From: Candidatus Levyibacteriota bacterium
GTDB lineage: Bacteria > Patescibacteriota > Microgenomatia > Levybacterales > GWA1-39-11
Reading direction: 5' to 3'
DNA length: 52,401 nucleotides
Assembly: GCA_030645455.1 (NCBI GenBank)
Contig: JAUSNA010000016.1
Span: 1-52,401 of the forward strand
In this document: one piece after another, positions 44,720 to 52,401 of the stretch
How positions within the stretch are numbered: position 1 is the first letter of the stretch
Layout of the letters: each line of letters starts with the position of its first letter
The notes under the pieces: generated by a model
What the model saw: only the letters and a program-made list of their open reading frames with translations
Databases searched by the model: none
What the model was told of the DNA's origin: nothing
Program-made: the position numbers and the translations under genes

Positions 44720-45930
44720 AGTGATTCCATCTTTCTAAAGGCCAGCTCATATTCATTTTCCCAAGTATTATTCTTTGCAAATTTCATAGCATTTTTTCTC
44801 ATTTCTAAGTATCTTTTTTCATCTCTAAAAAGAGTTATTATTGCATCAGCTATTTCACCCTTTTTGTCATTCACAATAATGGCTGCACCCTTTTTAAGCA
44901 CCTCTCTTCCCAGTGGTGGAACTGTGGTTGTAACTACCGGTAATCCTGAGGCCAAATATGCACGTATCTTTGTTGCATCCCCATATAACCTCGGCGACCC
45001 CTCAAAATGGATATACGGAGCAAGACCTATCATAAATTTTCGTATAGTTTTGGATACTTCCTCGCGACTTGCAATAAACCCGTGAAATACAATATTTGAT
45101 TCAACTTTTAGTTTCTTTGCTAATTTTTGCAACTCCTTCTCTCTTCCTCCTCCAACGATATGCAATTTTGCACGGGGAAATTTTTTTAAAACATGCGGCA
45201 AAGCTTCAATTGCCAAATCTGGACCATTTTCAGGTCCTAAAGTCCCCATAAAAACCATGCTTAACGGTTCTATTTTATCGATTGATTCAAATTTAATTTG
45301 TTCAGGATACAGTGCATTTGGAACTATAAGAACCGGAGCACATTCTTTTTCACCTGCTCCTGCTTTGATACGTGCAACGTGCATTGCCGGAGACACATCC
45401 CAAATAACATCTGAATTTCTTGCTGCATACCTATCAAGCCATAAATATAGTGAATTAAAAATAGCATTACCATACCTACTCGGGGAATAATCCGAAACAT
45501 AATAAATTACTTTTTTTACCTTACCGATTTTTTTGAGCAATATTCCCCCTATTGCATTAATAGATTCAAAACCTACGAAATAATCCCATCCTCCACCCCT
45601 CATCCCTACATCCAAGACAGATAATAAGTCTCTCAATTTAAATGAGATATGGGTCTTGTTATTATTGGAAAATTTTAAGAAAGGATAGATTAAATAGAGA
45701 TACCAAGAAACATTTTCAATTTTAATTAACTTTTTTCCTTTATAATTCTCTATTCTAGGCAGTAGAAAATCACTTTCCGGATAGGGCTGGTCTATCAAAA
45801 CAGTTTCGGCAACGCGCTTCGTAAAAAAATCCACCATCGGCTCAACGTTACCATTTATAGGAAGTCTTATCCCGTTTTTCCATGGAGAAAAAGTAGCAAT
45901 CAATACCTTTGAACGGGAAGTTAATTTCAT
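44716..45930 (-). CDS. GT4-like glycosyltransferase
   Basis: VPNA, FMGTL, IVGGG and DATKIRAYLASGLPVVTT motifs. Confidence 0.88.
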   Translation of the reverse strand: MKLTSRSKVLIATFSPWKNGIRLPINGNVEPMVDFFTKRVAETVLIDQPYPESDFLLPRIENYKGKKLIKIENVSWYLYLIYPFLKFSNNNKTHISFKLRDLLSVLDVGMRGGGWDYFVGFESINAIGGILLKKIGKVKKVIYYVSDYSPSRYGNAIFNSLYLWLDRYAARNSDVIWDVSPAMHVARIKAGAGEKECAPVLIVPNALYPEQIKFESIDKIEPLSMVFMGTLGPENGPDLAIEALPHVLKKFPRAKLHIVGGGREKELQKLAKKLKVESNIVFHGFIASREEVSKTIRKFMIGLAPYIHFEGSPRLYGDATKIRAYLASGLPVVTTTVPPLGREVLKKGAAIIVNDKKGEIADAIITLFRDEKRYLEMRKNAMKFAKNNTWENEYELAFRKMESL

Positions 45931-47057
45931 TTTTCAAGAAGATTTCTTTCCTTTAATTCTTTTTGTGCCCTTTCGAATATATCTTCGGCTTTCTCGTTCT
46001 TAGACCATTCAATTAATTCTTTGAACCCCTTTTCAAGTGTAACTTTTGGTTCCCACTTGAGCAATTTTTTAGCCTTAGAATTATCGGCAAAACAATTTCT
46101 AATATCGTCTTTTCTAGCTAATTGCGAAACTTCCGGCTTTATATCTTTTTTCAACAATTTGGCGAGTAGAATCGCGGCTTCTTTTATCGAAATAGGATTT
46201 CCGGAACCTAGATTAAAAATATTATGATCTGCTTTCTTATTTTTCATAGCCTTCACCAAAGCGTCAACAACATCATGAACTGATATAAAATCTCTAGTTT
46301 GTAATCCATCCTCATAAACAACTGGTGCATTTCCGTTCTTAAGTCTACTTATAAATATTGCAGTAACCCCGGTATATGGATTTGAAAGGCTCTGCCTTGG
46401 CCCATACACATTAAAACATCGAAGCGAGACAACGGGAATATCATAAAGTCTTCCTATCTTGAGCAAAAGTGCTTCCTGCACGTTCTTCGTTAAAGCGTAA
46501 ATGCTGTTGTTATTTACTGCTGCCTCTTCATTTGTTGCAATGGGATTTACTTTTTCCCCACATGAAGGACATTTCAACTCCCAATCTTTTTCATCCATTT
46601 GTTTTTGAGAACGAAGTTCCGGCTTGACCCTGCCATGATTTTTACATTTATAATTCCCTTCTCCGTAACTTGTCATCGACGCTGTCATAATAACTTTTCT
46701 AACATGGTGCTTATTGTTAACGAGAATATCCAGAATATTTGCCATACCTCCGATATTAACGTCAGAAAAATCCTTGATCTCGTAGTTACTTTGCTGAACG
46801 CCAACTCTTGCTGCAAGGGGGAATATGTAGTCGGCTTTCAAAACATGCTTTTTTAAGGTCTCATAGTCCTTAAGGTCTGCTTTAACAAATTTTGCTTTTT
46901 TATTTAAATACGTCGGAATTTTTCCTTGATGTACCTGCTCCAATAGATTATCGTAGATTGTGACCGAGTATCCCTGATCTATCAATTTATCCGTCAGGAA
47001 TGAACCTATAAACCCCGCACCACCGGTAATTAATACATTTATTCTTTTTGCTTCCAT
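45927..47057 (-). CDS. NAD-dependent nucleotide-sugar epimerase/dehydratase
   Basis: TGGAGFIG, YALTK (YxxxK), FNVYGP and RDFISV motifs. Confidence 0.94.
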   Translation of the reverse strand: MEAKRINVLITGGAGFIGSFLTDKLIDQGYSVTIYDNLLEQVHQGKIPTYLNKKAKFVKADLKDYETLKKHVLKADYIFPLAARVGVQQSNYEIKDFSDVNIGGMANILDILVNNKHHVRKVIMTASMTSYGEGNYKCKNHGRVKPELRSQKQMDEKDWELKCPSCGEKVNPIATNEEAAVNNNSIYALTKNVQEALLLKIGRLYDIPVVSLRCFNVYGPRQSLSNPYTGVTAIFISRLKNGNAPVVYEDGLQTRDFISVHDVVDALVKAMKNKKADHNIFNLGSGNPISIKEAAILLAKLLKKDIKPEVSQLARKDDIRNCFADNSKAKKLLKWEPKVTLEKGFKELIEWSKNEKAEDIFERAQKELKERNLLEK

Positions 47058-49021
47058 TTTTTTCTAATGATAGGATATACAACTACACTAAGAAGAGTAA
47101 TAAGGCTGATAATCCAACCTACATTGTAGTTTCTCTGCTCCGAAAATTCAATGAGGATATCCCGGGAACCACTAGGCACAGTAAATTGCTGTAACCCATT
47201 TTTGGAGGGTTCAGTCTTTAATTGAGATTTTCCATGATAAACAACCCAGCTCGGATCAAACTTTTGCGAAAATACAACCTTCTCAGGTTTTGAAAAATTG
47301 GTTGATAAGCTAAATACAGCAGACGAAATTCTTTCAAATTCTACACTTTCATTGTTAACTGAGAACAAACCGTTATTGTTTGGCGTTTGGTATATGGTTA
47401 ACTTTCCTTGCTTTATTTTTTTCAGATAAGAAACGCTATCAAGTAACTTCTCAGTTTTTAGCCTCTCTTCAGGACTATATTTCCTATCTTTAAGAAAAAT
47501 TTCAGAAAGCGGATCGCTCGGAATAACTACGTATTTAATAGAAAGTTCCCGAAGCAATACAACTGAGCTTTCCTTTTTTAGCTCGTCCACAATTTCAGCA
47601 GCATTAGTTGCATTAAACAAGGGAGAAGCTTCCATGGATGGATGGCTTGAGTCTGAATAAGTGAACCTTTGCTGTCTTGGAACCCACAATGTGCGGTAGA
47701 AATACTGATCTTTAAATATTTGATTTTTAAACTCCACGTATTCGGGTGGCACACTTTTTTCAGAAAATGTTCCCCCAAGTTTACCTACTACCGCTTCCTT
47801 ACTCAATAAAACCCAAAAACCAATAAAGACTATTGCCGGTATATAAAAAAGCCATTTATTCCTCCTTGCCAAAAAATATGATAGAAAGCTTAAAACTAAG
47901 GGAATAAGCACGGAATAAGACATTACAGCCAACGTATACCATTTTGTTGGATCTCGAAACATTTGAAAGCCCGGTATTTTTTCAAAAAGAAATACATAGA
48001 TTTCTCCAAACGGCGCGTTAGCACCTTTCGCCAAAAAGACACCCATAAGCCCCAAAAGGACAATTATTGATACCTTTTTTTTATTTCTGTTTTTTAAAAT
48101 AAGAGCCAAAAATGCTATAACCGGAAGAGTTAAAAATAGTGGAGACTGAAAGGATACTTTTCCGAATATATTTTCCGGCCAATTGGGATGAAGTATAGAT
48201 AGTGTGTTTGAAAGTGTTGCAAAAGAGAAAAATCTTAAAGACTCGGTAGACGTATAGGCTTGACCAAGTGTTTGCAATGGATTCGTCGGATGAGCAATGT
48301 TGGGAAATAACCAGTAAGAGTTCAGGAATAAAGCTAAAATATAGGGTACAGAAATTTTAAGAGCATATCCCCTCCATAGTTTTTTCAAATTCTTGTCTTG
48401 AGAAAGCCGATAGACCAGATATGTGAAATACAACATAATTGCAAATGACGCGATATAAAAAATACGGATATCAAAGGTCATCAATAAAGCTAAAGTAAGA
48501 ACAGTAGAAATTGTATTTCTGTAATTTATAGATTTCGAATTAAATTGGTTTATAAATTGACCAAATACCAAAGGTACAATTGCATATCCCAAAGCTACCC
48601 CCATTTGTCCTCCTCCCACTACCATTAGAATGTAGGTATTCGTGCTATATATGAGTGAGCTAAGTACTGCAAACTTACTGTCTATTTTGAATTGCCTCGC
48701 AAGATAAAAGCTTGAGATTACAGAAAGGAACAAAAACATTCCAAACCATAAAATCTTGTAAGTTAATTGCCACGAAAGTCCAATCAAACTCCCCAGATGA
48801 TATGTGGCATATAAATAGCTATCCAAACTATAAACTATAATCCGCGCCCCCAATCCGTTGCCATGCAGGCTGCTCCACGCCGGAGGAACAAATGGCAGCT
48901 GGGACAAAAATTCAGGATAGAAAAATGGCCAATCACCGCCAATTATATTTGTATTGAAAAACCAAGGTCCGAAGATCAGAAAAAAAACAATAAAAACAAG
49001 TAAATAGATAATTTTATTCAT
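47039..49021 (-). CDS. Multi-TM GT-C-like protein (YfhO/AftD-like)
   Basis: GGDWP and FRDPTKW motifs, many TMs, an extracellular domain, and a C-terminal FSQKFDPSW followed by a TM. Confidence 0.7.
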   Translation of the reverse strand: MNKIIYLLVFIVFFLIFGPWFFNTNIIGGDWPFFYPEFLSQLPFVPPAWSSLHGNGLGARIIVYSLDSYLYATYHLGSLIGLSWQLTYKILWFGMFLFLSVISSFYLARQFKIDSKFAVLSSLIYSTNTYILMVVGGGQMGVALGYAIVPLVFGQFINQFNSKSINYRNTISTVLTLALLMTFDIRIFYIASFAIMLYFTYLVYRLSQDKNLKKLWRGYALKISVPYILALFLNSYWLFPNIAHPTNPLQTLGQAYTSTESLRFFSFATLSNTLSILHPNWPENIFGKVSFQSPLFLTLPVIAFLALILKNRNKKKVSIIVLLGLMGVFLAKGANAPFGEIYVFLFEKIPGFQMFRDPTKWYTLAVMSYSVLIPLVLSFLSYFLARRNKWLFYIPAIVFIGFWVLLSKEAVVGKLGGTFSEKSVPPEYVEFKNQIFKDQYFYRTLWVPRQQRFTYSDSSHPSMEASPLFNATNAAEIVDELKKESSVVLLRELSIKYVVIPSDPLSEIFLKDRKYSPEERLKTEKLLDSVSYLKKIKQGKLTIYQTPNNNGLFSVNNESVEFERISSAVFSLSTNFSKPEKVVFSQKFDPSWVVYHGKSQLKTEPSKNGLQQFTVPSGSRDILIEFSEQRNYNVGWIISLITLLSVVVYPIIRKKWKQKE

Positions 49022-49161
49022 GCTCTAAATTATTGACTGCAAATAGATGGTAGGCACTCTTTGGGAAAAAAACATAAAAAGGCTCAGCTATAAATGCTAC
49101 AAATCCCCAAAAAAACCACGGCTTGTATTTGATTGAAACATAATTCTATTATTCTTTTCAT
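49014..49161 (-). pseudogene. Probable remnant of an internally deleted gene
   Basis: An ATG (49161) overlapping the upstream TGA gives MKRIIE…. A different frame gives …YKPWFFWGFVAFIAEPFYVFFPKSAYHLFAVNNLEHE*, whose end overlaps the next gene's ATG. Confidence 0.45.
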
Positions 49162-52100
49162 CTTTTTCTAATCAGAAAAATCATAGTAATAATAAGGGTT
49201 AAAAGCGAGACAAAAGATATCAGACCACCTATATAAAATAACTGCTGTCCTTTATAAACAAGAACGAGAGTGTATTCGGATTTACTTTCAGTATCATCAG
49301 GAGTTATATACCAACCATTTGCATACCCATTTGCAACCATATGAGTTTTATCAGCTACATATGGTCCTGTCCATCCATTAAATAACTCCAGACCCGGAAT
49401 ACTTCTCTGTGCTTCCCCCTCTTTTATCTGACCATCAAAGTACTGAAACTTTATAGGAATAGTAGGAGCATTTTTCGTAAGCACTATCTTCCAATTTTTA
49501 TCATACGCATCCGAAAATACAAGAAAATATGGCTTTTTCGCATCCTTAACTATAATTTTATAAGCAACAGGATTAATCCTCTGGAATACAATTTTAGGAG
49601 TATAAATCTCACCGGGAACGTCCTTTACAAACAAGACATTTGGTACTAAAGTTTCTGTAACGTTAAAGTTTCTTATTGAAAGTGTTGCTCCAGAAGAAGC
49701 ATGATTGTTTGCAAACTCAATAAAGGCTGCAGTAGCATAAGGATCGGACGCGATAATGGTCTGCTCGGATTTCCAAGACATACTGTTGAGATTTTTCTTA
49801 AAAAAACTATTCCTTCCCCTACTTTTACCGGAGCTTTTGATATCCAAAAAACTATAAACAAAATTGTCACCATTAGTCATATATTCAAATGTTATAAGAT
49901 ATTGCTTCCCCGGCTCATACCCTTCAATCCTTTCACTGTATGCCTTAAAATCTAACTTCTTTGCCTCTAACGTTACTGCCTTATTGAGTTGTGAATCCTG
50001 CATGTAGTTTCGCCGGGAATAATCGATAGTAAAATTTATCGATCCTGAAGACACAGAAACATCAGGAAATTTTATGAACTTCTCATTCTTTAAGCTACTT
50101 GTTAGGAAATGTTGTTTATTATTAAATGTAAGAATAGCAGCAGCTGCGTTTTTATCCAGTGGTGGAATATTTTCAATATGCAACTCGTATGCTCCATTAT
50201 CACTTTCAGGAAGAATAATAGAGTATTTATTGTTTTCGGAGGAGAAAACCGGAATAGACAAGGTGTCATATATTTCATAAAATGTTTTATCGACCATATC
50301 CATTAGTATTTCTTTATCTTTAGATGATTTCGTTGTTAAATGAATTTCGTCAATTAATAAAGCTTGGTGGCGTTTTAATTGCTCATCAATTTTTACCAAT
50401 TCAGCATTAATTTCAGCCCTTTCATTTTTCACCGTTTTAAGGAAAGTTAATAACTCTGCATAACCTCTTTTATAACTTTCAAGACTTCTTTCCCAACTCA
50501 TGTAATAATCACCAATAGGTATTATCGATGTTGATGCATTTACTTCCATAATATTTCCCCATTTCTTAAGCTCATACAATCGTTTGCTCAAAAGTAGCAT
50601 TGCAGTATCAACATGAGGTCTCATTTCCTTTTTATTGGAGAGTTCAAACCGCTCCCTCATTAAAACCAATGGATAAACTAATTCATCCATCCGTCGGGCA
50701 ATATAGGGAGCATGATTATGCAGGTGATTATTGTAAATAAGTGCATCAAAAGGGTTAGATGATTGAGCTTGAAAAACGTCTTGTTGATGACCTATCGTAA
50801 TCCCTGTTTTGTTTTGTGCAAAAGCTTTTCTAATGTTAGTTGTGTTGCTAAGAATATATGATTTTGCAATGTCACTAGAACTGACCACCTCTGTTGCAGC
50901 ATAAATATGTGGAAGATACGCCTCATCGGGCATTCTATATAAATGATAGTTTTCACCAAAACTCTTTACTTTTATTAAATTAAGAGCAGCTATGAACTCT
51001 TTGTACTTTTCCTGCGTTTGAGGAAAAGACGAACGCGCATATTCATAGGGAAATCCAGGAAATCCTTTTTCGTATACTAAGGGGTCAGAATTGTAAAAAA
51101 CGTAACCAATATTATAGTTTGCAAAAATCTCTTTTATTCTTCCGTAATCTTGAGTTTGGGCTGCCTTCGCAAAAATACCGTTAAAAGAACCAAAACTTGA
51201 TGTGCCTGCAAAATCTCTTTTTCCTGCAAGGTATGCAATTAGAGCCGGGCCTTCATATACTCCAATTTTTTCCTTACCCGCAACTATCTGGTAACCCGGA
51301 TCGCTTAAGGGAAGCACTAGCACCTTTGAATCCTGTTTTATATCTTTCACGTACTTCATTGCTTCAGTAAAATGGGGGTCAGGTACATCAACAAGCTTTA
51401 AATTATCACTTTGCCACACATCTTTATTCACCATATCTCCAATTAAAAACGGTGTGGCATGCAAAAGCATTATGATGATCAATACGGATGAAAAAATATA
51501 AATAATTTTCTTATTTAATGAGTTAAAAACAAAAGATAGTGACAACGAGAAAAATATTGAATAAAAGAAAATGTACGCATATTGCCATTGTCCAAAATAG
51601 TTGCGAAACATAGAAAATCCGGGAAGATTAAAAAGTGATTTATAGAATTCAATTCCAACCGTTGTGATATTTCCAATCGCAAAAAACAACACAATAAGAA
51701 ATGCTCCTGCTGTTAACAAAAGTAACTTTGAGCGTCCTCGCATTAGCGCAAAAACAAAAATAAAGGGGGAAATGGCTGTATAAATATTTGAGATGGGATT
51801 AGTCGACATTTGCGGCATATGGAAAAGTCCGTTTGTCACCTTCACCGATGCAGAAACTGCCGAAAAATAGCTTAACCCTCTGTCAAATTTCCCCTCGCTA
51901 GTAAATACATTTGCATAAAGATCACTACCGGGTTTAAAAAGAGATGAGAAAAGAGGGAACAGGTGATAGGAGTGAATAAGAATAAACAACACTAAAGTCA
52001 ATCCTATTTTCCACCAAGAAATAATTCTCTTCTTAACAACAATTGTGTAAACAATAAGGAACAACAGTGCCAATGGATAAAAGGCAAATAGTGGTGGGGA

Positions 52101-52400
52101 TGCCCCAAAACTAAAATTATGGGAAAATATAAATGTAACCAAAAGAGCGGTGAATAGATAAATTATCTTGTTGCTTTTCAAAAATAAAAATACCAGCAAA
52201 AAAATTAAAGGATTAAGAAAAAATTGATCATGGGTAAAAATAACTTTATCCCATCCAATGATAGATATAGGAGAAAATATGTAAAAAAGTCCGCCAATGA
52301 TACTAGCCAATAAATATGACTTTTCATTTTTATATCCATTGTCTACTAAAAAACCTTTAACAATATAAAATATTGACAGAAAACCAATGCTTAACTTTAG
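49158..52400 (-). CDS. Large multi-TM GT-C/YfhO-like protein (5' truncated by window edge)
   Basis: The frame stays open past 52310 to the window end. PGFSMFRN, VFSDAYDKNW and HMVANGYANGW motifs and a C-terminal TM. Confidence 0.75.
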   Translation of the reverse strand, partial: LKLSIGFLSIFYIVKGFLVDNGYKNEKSYLLASIIGGLFYIFSPISIIGWDKVIFTHDQFFLNPLIFLLVFLFLKSNKIIYLFTALLVTFIFSHNFSFGASPPLFAFYPLALLFLIVYTIVVKKRIISWWKIGLTLVLFILIHSYHLFPLFSSLFKPGSDLYANVFTSEGKFDRGLSYFSAVSASVKVTNGLFHMPQMSTNPISNIYTAISPFIFVFALMRGRSKLLLLTAGAFLIVLFFAIGNITTVGIEFYKSLFNLPGFSMFRNYFGQWQYAYIFFYSIFFSLSLSFVFNSLNKKIIYIFSSVLIIIMLLHATPFLIGDMVNKDVWQSDNLKLVDVPDPHFTEAMKYVKDIKQDSKVLVLPLSDPGYQIVAGKEKIGVYEGPALIAYLAGKRDFAGTSSFGSFNGIFAKAAQTQDYGRIKEIFANYNIGYVFYNSDPLVYEKGFPGFPYEYARSSFPQTQEKYKEFIAALNLIKVKSFGENYHLYRMPDEAYLPHIYAATEVVSSSDIAKSYILSNTTNIRKAFAQNKTGITIGHQQDVFQAQSSNPFDALIYNNHLHNHAPYIARRMDELVYPLVLMRERFELSNKKEMRPHVDTAMLLLSKRLYELKKWGNIMEVNASTSIIPIGDYYMSWERSLESYKRGYAELLTFLKTVKNERAEINAELVKIDEQLKRHQALLIDEIHLTTKSSKDKEILMDMVDKTFYEIYDTLSIPVFSSENNKYSIILPESDNGAYELHIENIPPLDKNAAAAILTFNNKQHFLTSSLKNEKFIKFPDVSVSSGSINFTIDYSRRNYMQDSQLNKAVTLEAKKLDFKAYSERIEGYEPGKQYLITFEYMTNGDNFVYSFLDIKSSGKSRGRNSFFKKNLNSMSWKSEQTIIASDPYATAAFIEFANNHASSGATLSIRNFNVTETLVPNVLFVKDVPGEIYTPKIVFQRINPVAYKIIVKDAKKPYFLVFSDAYDKNWKIVLTKNAPTIPIKFQYFDGQIKEGEAQRSIPGLELFNGWTGPYVADKTHMVANGYANGWYITPDDTESKSEYTLVLVYKGQQLFYIGGLISFVSLLTLIITMIFLIRKR

Positions 52401-52401
52401 C

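Noticed and set aside
1902-50306. Many short ORFs in the track that are antisense to, or nested in, longer genes (e.g. 2450-2770, 12416-12892, 19627-20220, 23913-24410)
   Set aside because: They overlap well-supported genes and show no motifs. They are shadow frames.
1-52401. Alternative genetic code (TGA=Gly, or TAA readthrough) to explain the murC and ftsW stops
   Set aside because: TGA and TAA both end many genes at their expected C-termini (e.g. ftsZ TAA; murE and murA TGA in ATGA-type or abutting junctions).
1-52401. CRISPR arrays, tRNA/rRNA, IS elements, integrases, and phase-variable homopolymer frameshifts in GT genes
   Set aside because: No repeat-spacer pattern, cloverleaf or recombinase motif was seen. 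A/T runs are common, but none breaks a GT reading frame.

Overview
A 52.4-kb, gene-dense, AT-rich bacterial window read with standard code 11 (TGA is used as stop). Gene content and style point to a Patescibacteria/CPR genome, probably Microgenomates; this is inference. Left to right it holds: (1) the tail of an AlgI/PatA-type MBOAT gene (…PFIYFQF*) coupled to an SGNH/DltD-like partner; (2) a lone Ulp1/CE-clan cysteine protease gene bracketed by the live ftsZ 3' end and a degenerate second copy of it; (3) a minus-strand dcw cluster (mraZ-rsmH-ftsL-ftsI-murE-murC-murA-split glmU-mraY-ftsW-murG-ftsQ-like-ftsA-ftsZ), with murC broken by one in-frame TAA and no murB/murD/murF/ddl; (4) a large secreted protein with a 36-Cys tip; (5) three orphan membrane proteins bracketed by a short degenerate copy of the glyS 3' end; (6) glyS, recO and a DUF4012-like gene; and (7) about 25 kb of surface-glycan genes (priming transferase, ManC, GT2/GT4, GT-C, an O-antigen-ligase/GT-C fusion, methyltransferases, epimerase). 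The best lead is apparent integrase-free capture of accessory genes at the 3' ends of core genes (ftsZ, glyS), with a deubiquitinase/deSUMOylase-like protease as cargo. Many genes look leaderless. No tRNA, rRNA, CRISPR array, transposase or integrase was recognised.
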